DNA of 64,000 nucleotides from Ruditapes philippinarum (lineage: Eukaryota): assembly GCF_026571515.1 (NCBI RefSeq), contig NW_026867332.1, positions 62,001 through 126,000 on the forward strand. Reading direction: 5' to 3'. The notes below the pieces were generated by a model. The model searched no databases, was not told where the DNA came from, and worked only from the letters and a program-made list of their open reading frames with translations. A program made the position numbers and the translations under genes. This document shows, piece by piece, positions 12,801 to 26,016 of this stretch (position 1 is the first letter of the stretch; each line of letters opens with the position of its first letter).

Positions 12801-15057
12801 GTTGAGAAAGAAAGTGATGTCAATGAGGTAATTCCGCAAGAGGCCATCAATTTAGATGAGAGAATAGATGCTGCACACTGTCACATCTACAACTTGGAGA
12901 AATCTGCAAAACAGGAAGTAGTCAAGTTACAAAAACACTTTGATGCTTTGAAGAAAAGCATGTTTGAGCAAATAGAAAATAAATCGTTTGCATTGACAAA
13001 GAATCTTGAAAATATGACAGAAAGGTAACAAATTGTGCTTTTTACATAAATAAGAACCATACATTAAGACATCGTGAAACAACATTTCAGTTATGAGTGC
13101 ATTGCCACTAAATTTCGTATATCATAATGGATATCTTATATCATCTGAATGTGTTTGTGAACCTTGGTACACATTAACATTAGAACAGCCATTGAGATCC
13201 AATTGTAAGTAAGGATATTGATATTCTAGATGAAATTAGAATCACAACAATGATGTTAATGATTTAAGCGTGATGTTACTATTGTCTTCGTTATTGTCAC
13301 TTTGTCTTACTAACTTGGCCATATCGTTTGGCTCACTGGCTAGGTAGAACAACGAATTTTCGCTTATTCAATCCTCGAGCGAGACAGAATTTCTCCGTGT
13401 CAATTGATCTCAGTATTCTAATGATTATTTCCTGACAAATACATTTGATACAACTGACAAAGAAATTATATACTGGACAAGTAGTCGGTCATTTGCGAAG
13501 AAATTGGTAAATACCGGTTAGTTATCCATGAGAGTTAGATAGTCTGTTAAATCAAACGAACCCTTTTAACATTTTTTTTTCAGAACTCAAGACGCAGGTT
13601 TGAGGCAAGAATTCGAAACATGTCTCAAACGCGTGATGTCTACATCCTATACCCTTTGTGATGTTGATTCCTTCACAAAACTGACAAAACTGGGTGTTTT
13701 ACAAGAATCATATAATACGTCACCGATAAAACATACGTCTGACAGAAAACAGAATACAATAGAAAATAAAACAAAACCAGTTGCAAGCATATTTCAAGGA
13801 ACAACAGCGAATCGTCGTCGAAGATGCTTTTCGGAAAGTTCTTCTGGTTCTAGTTCATCATCAAGCTACTTATTTGTAACAAATCCAACGCAGTTATCGA
13901 CTTCATCAGATTCTCTAGCTATCGAAGAAGATAGTAGAGTAAACCATGTATCAAAAGTAAGATTTGCAGATGACAATGAAATGCTTCATGAGAAACATAA
14001 GAAAAACCAAAATCAGCAGAAAATAGATAGTAACAGTGATTACCTTTCTCAGTATGGAACGAAGAAGACCTGCAGAAAACGCAATTTTTCTGAATCTAGT
14101 GTGTTCTCCACCGATGCGTCGATAGTTTCATCTACCGACAGACCACCGTCCTCAAGTCTAACCGATTCTCTAACTGGAACATCTTCTTTGTCATCATCAA
14201 CAAAGACAGCAAGTGTCACAGAGAAGAAGGTTCTTATTGAACGCAGAGAATCGTACATTTTTCACCACGAAAAGGTTGTAAATTGTAAAACCAACTGTGT
14301 TTTATCTAGTGTTTGTTGCCTACCAAACAATAAAACAGTCCTTGTCGATCAATGTAACTGTTCTTTCCATATATATGGTAGGTCTAATATATGTGAGAAG
14401 TTGAAGAGTCCTAGATTTAAGAATTACATTCCTATATGTTTATGCTCTATAGGTGAAAACCACTTATATATTCTGTTTCGAACACGGGATTGCACAAATG
14501 TACTGGTACAGTGCAATTTACATGCATCGGATGTCGTATTTGTGAAGACAGTAGCCATGTCTGCAAAATGTAATGGGAAGCTGTGCTCAGTTGCAAGTGG
14601 AAATAACAATGTCGTAGCCTTTTGCATTGATAAACATATGCATGTCTTTTCAAAAGACGGTATAGAGACGAAAATTGTAAGCTGTGATATAAAGAATGAA
14701 AATGAGTGGTGGCCAAACTATTCAGTTGTTGATTCGCGTTGCGAATTCGGTTTCACTTATGACATTTATTCTAATTCTGTGTACTGTTTCTGTATATCAA
14801 CGGGTGAAATGGTCTGGAGAAAAAAGCTCCCAAATGTAGAAGGAATAACTTTGTGCGATGAGAGCATATATTTATCTATGAACGTTTCATATGCGATTGA
14901 AGTTTTGTCAAAGACAACGGGTGATTACGAACGCTCTATTACTGAAAACGTGCGACGTCCATTTGCCATGTCAAGAAGTCATGGCCATGATACCATTATT
15001 GTTACGCAATACCACCCGGAGGGTAAAAAAATTAATAGAACAATAAAATATTTTTAA
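6899..15057 (+). CDS. Four RIG-I/MDA5-like CARDs + coiled coil + Ser-rich linker + NHL-like beta-propeller; 9 coding exons, ~995 aa
   Basis: Exons 6899-7028, 9473-9604, 9912-10090, 10431-10632, 11079(or 11094)-11228, 11402-11533, 12095-12457, 12799-13024, 13584-15057. All GT-AG, phases consistent, 2988 nt open. CARD1-like: VLEYRTQLCRVINAPNVLRWMPGFLS..ERAAFILLKQI..GKWEAFLEALRRAEYPYL. CARD2-like: ILQIFAPYLELQIEPCDLITHF..LINKSDMEEIQ..GSVAATILMLDCI..KWYTGFLKIL. The pair repeats in exons 5-7. The C-terminal ~270 aa has beta-strand repeats like mollusc TRIM-type propellers. Confidence 0.85.
7190..7470 (-). mobile_element. tRNA-derived SINE (Meta/MESC-like central domain)
   Basis: Reverse B box (gggaatcggacccgggtc), reverse A box (ttgagctaacc), and central gaatgaccgtagaaaggatttcatgactaatc. 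Confidence 0.65.
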
Positions 15058-16907
15058 GAGCATGCATAATTATCGAAGTAGATTGTCAAAGACTCCGCAA
15101 AACACAACCAGCATAATTAGTAAGTGCGTGACCTCCTCTTATGGCAAATACATTGCAATAATTTTTTTCATAAATGACATTACAAATAAATATACACGTT
15201 AGTTAAAGTATCAACACGGCTGAATATACACTATATTACAACAATAAAACATCATGATTACTCCAATTCTACACAGCATGTAATGTTTAGATCGAATCTA
15301 GCAAATATTAAAAAACTTGGTACAGATGTATTTTTATGAATTTGATATTACATAATATAAATCATTACAAAGTACACACGCTAACACGCATGCATTTGTA
15401 AAAGAAAAAGAGCGTTCTTGGCACCATGTCAAATATCACACAACTGAGTGACCCCTTCAACTGATTAGAAGGATAAGTACTTACTTATGCAACAAATATT
15501 TTACATACGCATGCAATAGAAAATGGCAGCATCTTAAAAACACATTTTTTGAAATAAACATTATATTTTGTGCCTTAGAACGTGATCTTTGAACCGATAT
15601 TGCCAACCACCAATTAGCAAATACCAGAGATATAAATGTTCGAAATATCTTTGTCATTTTGCGATAGATGATACATGCATTAATTTTGTGGTCTCTATTT
15701 TTTTAGTGGCAATACATTTAAATAAATCAGACTGTTTAAAGAAAACAAATTACTACATTTGACCGTAGCTAGCAAAATTTAAATGCACCTATGTATCCTG
15801 TGTTTCATTAGATACTTTGGACATAGGACTTATGCAGGATATATTTTGTTGAGACGGCGAAATACTCAGGTTTATATGCAAAGGATACAAATTACTGTGT
15901 AAATTATATTTTTGTTATAAAAGACGTACTTTAGAATTTTTACACATATAACATGTACGTATGTATAAGATGCCGAGATTTTAAAATGTACGAATTGTGA
16001 GCGGATATGAATGATATATAAAGCAGTCAGGCTATATTCTTTATGCAGCAAAATGTTTTGACTTTGTTTTACATTTATTATTGTATATATTAATATCTTT
16101 AATTACAGTATATTAGATGTATACAGTTTATTATGTTTAGATACTTACGTTTTAAACTTTTTGTTTATCATGAAACGGGTTGTAATATTCTTGTTAACCG
16201 ATCACAATTATTAATATATAATTATTGTGCCAAATGTTTTGAATGAATCATATACACATATATTTACACAATCATATCCTTGTTTATTAAAATATATTAT
16301 TGCATTGCTGTTATCTTTTATACACATGTATTAGAAACACACATAAAATAATATAGTTGTAGAAATATCTTCATCAGAAGTTCATCACATAATATGCAGA
16401 TGGACATAGTGGAAGAGGACGAAAGAACAATACTAATTAAGATACATGAACATTGTTATTTCTAGTAATAATAAAATATTCAGAATATTGTTCCATTTAA
16501 CATTCAGATCTTGATTCAGTTATAAAATACAAAGACACATATACATTCAGTGAGTTGGATAGATGATTGGAAAATCCCAAACTCAGGGTGATCAGTTCAG
16601 TGGTGATATAAGAAAAAACACATGCATGGATGTTTACTATACAAAATGTCAGTGTTCTAATGTAATTTCTAAAACATGCTTGATTAATACATGAAGCGTT
16701 ATTAAAGTACAAAGTGTCAAGTTTAATAGTTTCAAAAAATATTATGTAAATCTTGCATTTGTTATAGTACCACATTTCTTGTTTTGTACTTGTGATTCCG
16801 AGTATAAAATAAATTGCTAAAATTATAAGAATGCTTATTTGTTTACCCTATTAAAGAGCTTTAAAATGAAAAAAATCATGTTCCACAAGTTTTGAATGAA
16901 GTTAAAT

Positions 16908-17086
16908 CATGGTCAGAAAATTTGGTCAGATAAGTTTGGATTATGGTCAGATAATGGTCAGAAAAGGTTGGATTATGGTCAGAAAAGGTTGGATTATGTC
17001 CAAATAATGGTCAGAAAAGGTTGGATTATGGTCAGATAATGGTCAGAAAAGGTTGGATTATGGTCAGAAAAGGTTGGATAAAGGTC
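16908..17086. repeat. Minisatellite of GGTCAGAAAAGGTTGGATTAT and GGTCAGATAAT units
   Basis: Interleaved 21-bp and 11-bp units are directly visible. Confidence 0.9.
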
Positions 17087-17218
17087 ATTTTATGACGTTG
17101 TATAGACGTCGGTTCCTGACGTCTAAAAAACTTTCAAATCGAACCTTTTGCCAACGTTTACCCAACGTCAGGGTCTAACGTCAATATAACGTTGGTACGA
17201 CGTCTTTTGTTTGCTGGG
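17087..17218. mobile_element. One end of a non-autonomous CMC/EnSpm-like DNA transposon
   Basis: Dense (A/G)ACGT(T/C) subterminal repeats ending in TGTTTGCTGGG (reverse complement CCCAGCAAACA). The other terminus was not found. Confidence 0.55.
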
Positions 17219-19204
17219 ATGTCACAATACATACGTTACTTTGCGTAGCGAACTGGCAAATTACCCAGGTTGTAGTGGAATGAAACTTGTGCTCTTGACC
17301 TTTTATGAACATATATTAAGAAATCATATCAGAGTCAATAGAAAATCGAAAGTATCGAAATTAATTTTACATCGTGTCCTTTTAACAAATATCTATATGT
17401 TTTTCAAATACTTAAGTTTTTAGTTTTGTCTTTATTTGTTAAAGAATCGGTTCAGCCTGTTTTGTCTAGTATGGAGAGCATTGGATTTGTAATCCAGGGG
17501 TCTATGGTACGATCATCGGGCGAGATGAAATTACTCCGAAACTATTTCAGATCGGACATTGAACCAAATGCTCAGTTTTTCTCTCATTGCTAATTAATAA
17601 ATCATGTTAGATACGTAATTCATCACTTGTAATTACTAGTGATATTTATCCTGGAAAGCAGAATAGATGGACTGACTGATTTTGCATATAGTTGTACATG
17701 TGAAGCAATGCAAAGTTGTTGATTGTTTGCTTATACTGGTTACTGCATGCACCCATATATTATTTTGCAAATAGATATGTTCTTAAATACTTTGACGTAT
17801 AGTCAGACGAGTTTGTATCACATTCAATAAATGCATTTTTGGTGTGCAGTGAGGGAGTAGGTGCATAAACTACAAAATAAGTTATTTGGTGAATCAAACC
17901 GTTCAACATACATGTAATTGGTTATTTCAATAGTAATATAGTAATAAAATTACCTTTTAGATTCATTTAGTTATATAACTGTTGATATGAACACAATGTG
18001 TGTCGTAGTACAACCGATTAAAATTATAATAATCGAATGTTAGGGTTCCTTCCCACTGGTACTGGTGAACGATGGTTAGGATGCTACCCGCCTAAATGAC
18101 TGAAATACTGTTGGGAAAAGGCGTAAAATGAAACAAACAAACAAACAGTCTTTCCCACTATATGTTTAATTTGAAAGGTAGTTTCTATAAAGAGTATCAG
18201 TCAATTCCATGTGGCAAACATTACAATTTATGAGGTCCGTTTCATTTTGGCTCAATAACTTTGAAGCAACATTGGTCCCGAATCAAATATAGGTAGATCT
18301 TTGCGTTACAAATGTTTATCCCTCTCTGAAGATAAACGTTTTCTTACAAAACGAGAATAAAACAAAATACTTTTTTTCATATTGTTTATCGACAAAATTA
18401 TTTTACGAAATTCATTAACCAAGAAGATATATTATAGTATCTTTATAAATCTAAAAAAAATCTTACCATGGCTTATCAACACAATAACTTATATAAAAAG
18501 TATTCATTTTTGAAGTTAAACGTAAACATATTTCCGCGACTGTATTGCACCTTCCCCCCAAATTTAGATCATGTCGGTTACTCGTAAGAAAGTTACAATA
18601 GAAAGGAAATAATTATGTTTCGCGGCCATTCATGTGAGCAATCTTAACGAAACTCCCTAACCCCCAAAGAACCTAACTAAAACACGGAAGAACGTACAAT
18701 GGTGCAAACAATGGATACATGTATAATTGAGAGATAATGACAATTGTTTAATATCACATTTTCAATGATTGATATCATTAAGTAGAGCATTATAAAATAG
18801 ATAAAACATAATGCAAATATATGTAATAATGTTACATCATCAAATAATAACAAAAAAGGTATTTTCTATTTACGAAAAAAGGTCGTGACCCGAATATGAT
18901 AAGATGTAATATTGTGTGACATTAATATTCCTGAATATGTGAAATTATCAATACAAATTAATTTACACATTGCGTACATGACAAAACTTGAACACAATAG
19001 GTATTGAACACAATTTCATTTAATTGTACCCTTTAATTTACTCTTATATATAATCAATATTAACAAAGATATATCTCCAAATCGATCGCCAGATTTTAAC
19101 ACACAGCTTTATTCAATCATTATTCGATTCATAAGTTAATGTCTTGCATAGTCAATAAACGCCATTTTTGCAAATATCTATATTACTGATACGTTTATTT
19201 CAAT

Positions 19205-19956
19205 AATCTGTTGGGGAGATAATGAACAGAAACTGAAAATTTCATATTATTTTCAAAGTGAAAGGGGTATTACTCTGCATGAACCATGACCAAATTCGAA
19301 CTTGGCCTCCGCATTCCATTGACATATCCATATGTCAAATTTGAGTTGAATGTTTAATACTGTTGGGGTGATAATGAACGGAAACTGAAAACTTCATATT
19401 TTTTTCAAAGTAAAAGGGGCATAACTCATCCAAAAATTATCAAACCATGACCAAATTCGAAATTGACCTGTATTTTCTCATGACATATTCATATGATAAG
19501 TTTGAGTTGAATGTGTTGTACCGTTGTGGAGATAATGAACGGAAACTGAAAATTTCATATTATTTTCAAAGTCAAAGGGGCATTACTCTGCCAAAAATCA
19601 TCGAACCAAGACCAAATTCAAACTTGAACTGTATTTTCTCATGACATATCCATATGTCAAGTTTGAGTTGAATGTGTTGTACCGTTGTGGAGATAATGAA
19701 CGGAAACTGAAAATTTCATATTATTTTCAAAGTAAAAGGGGCATAACTCTGCCAAAAATCATCGAACCATGACCAAATTCGAACTTGACCTGTATTTTTC
19801 ATGACATATCCAAATGTCGAATTTAAGTTGAATGTGTGCAACCGTTACTAAGATAGTGAACGGAAACTGATGATGACGGAATGACAGAATGACGGAAGGA
19901 CGGAACAGGGAACACTATATATATGACCCGTCCATTATATGGCGGGGCATAAAAAA
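19205..19956 (+). mobile_element. Truncated HINE-like element with a ~161-bp tandem array
   Basis: gataatgaacggaaactgaaa recurs near 19218, 19370, 19531, 19692, 19852. It ends with a GACGGAAT-like microsatellite, a hairpin and an A-tract. Confidence 0.8.
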
Positions 19957-20197
19957 CTTTAATCATTGGACCGAAATGAAAAGGTATGATAGCAAATATC
20001 TATATCGGTCGATGTTCAAATATGAACAATTGAAACACGTGCCCTTTGATAACGTAAAAGCTGAAACAATTACATTATGGGAGGTGTAGATGTACATGTA
20101 CTTGACATAACCATTGTTTAAAACTGCTTAAAAGAGGCTACACAACAAAATATTTAGACAGTAGCCATTGAAATCGTTTTACTTGAAATATAACAGG

Positions 20198-23100
20198 ATG
20201 GCAAAAATACTATGTTTGTTGATATTACTTGTTTCTTCATTTACATCTACGTTGAGTGAATCTGATCCGATCTCGAAACAAGGGTATACGCTGCCAGAAG
20301 GACATCCAGAACGCTGTTTTATTATGCTAGCTGGACACAAAGATCTTCGGCGTTTAGAAGCTCTCCCGGGTGGTGGCTGGGACAACCTACGTAATTATGA
20401 CATGGGCGCTGTTGTTCAACATACTTATCACAAATGTATGACAACAGAAGATGGTCGTTTTCTGATACCAGATAGTATAACGACGCTCCCCATTAAGACG
20501 AGTGGTGTTGACACGATTTCAGAGTTCTTTGATCACTGGGATAGCTACACGAGTGTTTCTTCAAGTTCAATCAATTTAGAGGTTGGGGTATTCGGGATAC
20601 CTATCGGCGGTAAATTTTCCACAGAGTATGGGAGTATAAAATCAAAGCAATTTTCTGAGAAAAGTTCGACAACTCGTATGCAAGTGAGTAAAGTTTAACA
20701 ATTTTATTCAAAGGAATATTTGTTTAACTATTCACTTCAAAATAAGTTAAAATTAAGAATTATTAATATGCCAATACAAAGCTTTCTTCCTTGACTGAAT
20801 TAAGTATTTCATGGGTATGCTTGATGATACGGCCTTATTGTCCTCATATTCAACAAAAAATTTGGTTTCATGAAAACTATACTTTTTATGATTTTAGTTC
20901 AGTTCATTTGAACATATAACTGCATTGGAATTCAAATTGTGTTAACCGATTTAATAACTTGAAAAAAATAATGAAATACTTCGATAATTATATCGTACGT
21001 TAAGCCGTTCCGCAAGTTCCCTTAAAACACCGCCGTCTGAACCATAGCCTATATTTGAGACAAGGTGGGCCATGAAAAACTCCAATGGAAAATGCTTAAC
21101 TCTGGCATAAGAGGTCACAACACTTTAATGTGTCAAAAGTTGTTTTTTTAAGATAATAGGCTAAATAAGACAGATCATCCCATGAACAATCAAGTTACTT
21201 CTGGAGACTTCAGGGATCGGTGCTTGGACTAATTCACTTTCTTGCATACATATATGATCTCCCACAGGACGTCCGCTTAAAAGTTTGCGTCTTTTTTTTT
21301 ATTATACTACTATGGTACGTGGTATCTAGAATGGGAATGTAGTTCAGCCCATTCAATTGTCAAGTAATCCATGTCACAAAAAGGAAACCCATACCAACTT
21401 ATTAATTTGTAACGACGGGCCAGTCTAGAGGCTGTACGTAATATCGATAAAATACCTGGGCGTGTACATATCTTATGTACTCTCAAAAAGCTGGGCGTGT
21501 ATATCTAATGGTTTCTTAAAGGTCCAGCACATAAACAGGTCAACCAAAAAAGGCAAACTAAACACTTGGCTTCTTATGTCGTAATATGAAATTAAACTCA
21601 GAACCTCTTAAGACCCTTGATTGACTACAACTAAAATATATGCATCTGATATCTGGTCCCCAATAGCCAAACTCAAGTTGATCAGATAAAATCTGTCCAA
21701 AGAAGATCTGCGCCTTAGATCAAATCTTTGGACGTACATCCAGTGTTACCAAGATGCTGGAGTCATTTAATTTGCACCAACTAGATCTTTGTCGTATTGC
21801 CTGTAGTTTCTCAATGGTTTGCACAACTAATGATATAGTCACCATCCCCATAGAATGTCATCTCACCCCATTAGGAAGAGCCTCCCGACATGCCTCCATG
21901 CTGAGTTACAGGTTAATCTAAGCCCAAACAGACTATTTTTTTTTTCAAAAACAGTTTTCCACTTCCCTGATGTTTTGATATATTGACACACTAGAGTAGT
22001 TCAATATTGCTGTTAGCCAAGTTGAGCATATCTCACCAATTTATTTTATTGGTATATTATGTTGTATATACTTAAGGTCTTTTATTTCTCTATTTAACTT
22101 TTCTTGACGCACGGGGGGGGGGGGTATCAGAATAGTAGTATGACTGTTTCAAGTAATTGTGGTAACACATATGACGCCGATGGAGAGCCGTTGGAGAGAT
22201 CACACCAGTGTGCTCATCAAAAAGGTTATATAAACAATTTTTAACATATTTCCTTTTTAGTTGCGCTATCGGAAGTACAATGTCATATTAGAAAACGGAT
22301 ACTCACTTCATCCTTCGTTCAAGAGCCGTCTCCAGAAGATAGCGGCACATTTGATGTTAGATCGAACACGTCTCGCTTCTTACGAAAGTCAGCTGCTTGT
22401 TCGAGACTATGGCACTCATGTGATAAACAACGTTGAGCTTGGTGCAACACTTGTCAAAGTAAGAATCTGATATGTTAATATTTTCTGATTAAATATATAA
22501 GAATTCGTACCATCAGAAAATAAATGTAATAAAAACAAAATTCAAACAACAATAAATAGAAAAGAAGAAAAAAAACCCCAAAAGAAAAAGTTGCAACTTG
22601 TATGCTAATAATATTCTGCTGTATTTAATAGACGGATCAAATTACAATATCGCAAGATGAAAGCTCTCAAACTGACTTTCGGCACATAGCAGCATCTGCA
22701 TCTGCTATTGTGTTCTTTGAAGAAGTTGGAATCCAATTCGGTGCATCGTATTCTAATTCAAAATTTGATGAAGCAGTTAACAAGTACAAACAATCAAGAA
22801 TGTCGTCTAAACTTTCAACACTTGGTGGAGATATTTACAAGTAAGTTCACGTCTTCCTGTGATACTGATCAATGTTTAATAACACGACGTCGCTTTGTTG
22901 AAAACTCAAAACGAGGGCTGCTAAAAATAATCGCGGAATTTAATCGTAGAACTCTTAAAATTAGACCCAATAAAAAGGTTAAAGTCACGAAACAAGACTT
23001 TTTCAATCAAATATATCGATACATAAAATAGTCACATACATTTATTAACACCATGAAACATACATTGCCGGGAATCAAATTGATACAACGTCATTCATAA

Positions 23101-26016
23101 GTCAAGTGAACCCATGCCTTTTTTGAATCCTGCGAGACAATGCATTCATTTCCGGGTCAAAGGGTCAAAATGATGAATCCAAGTTTCATTGACCATAATT
23201 ATGTGATCAATCCAAAAACATTTCGCCCTAGCGCCCAAGCCGACGTAGAAAACGAGTCGAATAGGCAACTCATCATACTTGTAACTGTCCTTCAAACGTA
23301 TGGGAACCTATCTGGCGCTGACCTTCGATATCACTAGGTCCTGATTCATAATAAGGGAAGGGTAAAGCAGGATACGCCTAGGTCATCAGAAATTACGCGT
23401 ACCGTAATTCGCCGAAAAGCATTAACCGTATCTTAAACGCCGAACAAAATTGACGTCGTCACAGTTGCTGGGTTTACTTGATGTGGATCGTCTTTAAGCG
23501 ATGTCCTGCCTTTAAAAAACAGTTCATGTCACTTGTTTACAATTGATTCGCTGAAAAACTTAATTGTAGCAGCCGACACTTCAATCATGTCTATGGAGTA
23601 GAGTCTCCTTTGGCAATTTACCCAGGCCAACACAAAAATTAAAAAAAAAAACTTCACGTGATTCTTCTAACTTTTGACGACAAGAAAGCACCTGCGAGAC
23701 TTAAAGGACAATGTTACCGTAACGAATATTGTAGTAACATCGTCTTCCAAAGAAATGTCTGAAGAAGATACTTGAACGTCTGCTAAGTTCGCGCCATTTT
23801 TTTTCTATTCCGAAAATGACGTTTTTGCGATATAAATGTAAGAATACAAAGAGTTACAAATGGAGCCCAGCATCAAGCAAAACAAGGGTTAAATTCTATG
23901 GTTACGAGCATTTTGGGCGTTTATTGAGAACGTACTTTGATCTTTACACAATCTATACGGATGACATTAATAGATAATAACGATAAATATAGAGATAAAA
24001 TATTAGAACATAAATAAAAGAGAGTAAATGCAGAATATCTTAAACTCATCGAACAGCTCCCTTGTACAACTTTATACATAAATATTAACGTCGCGTTGTC
24101 ACAAACCATATACTTTCAAATTTACACGAAAATATGATATGATTTCATGTGAATTAGGAATTGAAAATAAATGAACAACGCCTTATAACATGTATTATGC
24201 ATTATGCCCACTATTGAAAAGATATTTCTTTGGTGTTTTTCACTATTCCTTCTTGATTATATTTTATGACAAACGACTTGTAGTCATTGACAGTTTTTTT
24301 ATGTCAATATGGAGGTGACTGCAAATTTCTTTGCTTTTGTGATCTACGCTAAATAGAAGTTGATAGACAAATTTAACTCTCAAATTGTTTTTTAAAAATC
24401 AGCTGTCACATTTTTTACTTACAACTCAAGTTTTTTATTTCAAGTATGAAATTATATTTTTGCAGCTTTCTTTTGCCATCATACTGTTGTAGAAAAGTAA
24501 TTTAATTCATTTTCTTCTTTTCAATTTTAAAATGAAATCAGATGTCTAATAAAATCTAATAGGATAAAAGTTACATGTACGTATATTTGTTATTGTTTTT
24601 TCCAGACCAACACAATTTTCTGCTGAAAACTGGAGCAGCTCGATTGAAAACAATCTTGTGCCACTAGATAGATCGGGGGACCCATTATATTTATTCGTTA
24701 ATGAAAACAACCTACCTGGTATACCAGAGTACATTATAGAAAGAGTTCATGCCTATGTCAAAAAAGCTGTTTATCGTTATTACATACAAAATGTACATAA
24801 AGGATGTACGGTACGAAACGCGCCAAATTTTAGCTTTCAGGCTAACGTTAATGATAGTACATGTGATCCGCCTAAGACAAATTTTACTTTTGGGGGTGTT
24901 TATCAAACGTGTTCGAACACAGGTTATGTAAATCTATGTGATGGAATGTCTGTAAAGAATCCATTAACTGGTGACTTCAGTTGCCCAAACAACTACGAAG
25001 CTATTCGCATCAACAGCGGAAAAAAGACCCAACAAAGAAATAGAGCTGTGGTTACGAAATGTGGCTGGTTTAAAAAGTGTGCCAAAAATGTTATAGACAC
25101 TGCAAGTGCCGATTATGAAGCATATTGGTGTGCTAAAATCGATACAAGCAGTCCCGGTGGATATATGTTTGGCGGTTTGTATACCACACATACACATAAT
25201 GTGGTTACACAAACAAGAGAATGTCCCACATACTTTACTTCGTTAACTATACTTGAAGACCTAACTATATGTGTAAGCGATGACAACGAACAAGGTTCAC
25301 AATTTAATCTTCGTTTCGCAGGCTTATTCAGCTGTGTTGGAGGAAATCCAATGGCATTGGACTCTAGTAAAAGAAGAGACAGAAATTATCCCAACTCCTG
25401 TCCAGAAGGGTATAGCCAACATTTAGCGGATGTAGATGACGGATGCGAGATAAATTATTGCATACAATCCGGCGCAATAGCAATGGAACAATTACCGAAA
25501 ATAAAGTTACCTCCCTATATGTCAAGACCTTTAGACATACCACAGGAAGAGACAGAAGATGATTCGTCAGTGACCATTTTCAGTAGTGATGGTACCAGTT
25601 GGTCTTCTTTAGAGGATGAAGTTGTTAAAGCAGCTTCCAGTAACAACACTTTAACATTTGAGTTTGCAAAACAAACAGCACTCAATATCCCTTACATCAA
25701 ATCTTTGGTTATGGCAAATGTATCCAGCGAATTTATTACTAATCTTGGGAGTGGAAACATGTTGGACGAGTCAGATGTTAAACAGTCTGCACTGAAAATG
25801 ATACACAACCAAAACAATTTAAAACTTGACAAGGAAAGTTCTCCAGTTCTGAGTAATGCACATGATGAAACTAGCAAAAACCATAAGCAGGTTTCTACTG
25901 TTACAGTTGCGGTAATATCTGTTAATGGGACAATTCTCTGTGTGCTGATAGTATTAGGCATAGCATGGGCAATCAGACGTAGAAGAGGTGCAGCGTTACC
26001 ATATCAAAAGATTTGA
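20198..26016 (+). CDS. MPEG1: Perforin-2 / macrophage-expressed gene 1 (MACPF + P2 domain + TM), paralog A, 4 exons, 767 aa
   Basis: Exons 20198-20683, 22261-22458, 22632-22840, 24606-26016 (2304 nt). Signal peptide; LEALPGGGWDNLRN, TTEDGRFLIPD, RDYGTHVI, DRSGDPL, FTFGGVYQTC, KNPLTGDFSCP, FGGLY, CPEGYSQHLA; TM helix and short tail RRRRGAALPYQKI. Confidence 0.96.
21060..21960 (+). mobile_element. Heavily decayed CR1/L2-like LINE reverse-transcriptase fragment in MPEG1-A intron 1
   Basis: Frame-broken remnants reading WKMLNSGIRG, IKYLGVYI, GFLCRNMK and YASDIWSP, in RT C-terminal order. Confidence 0.55.

Noticed and set aside
16908-17086. Short repeat array resembling CRISPR or telomeric repeats
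   Set aside because: No unique spacers, no cas genes, eukaryotic context, and not TTAGGG.
22708-23031. 107-aa ORF
   Set aside because: Wrong-frame overlap of MPEG1-A exon 3 running into the intron.
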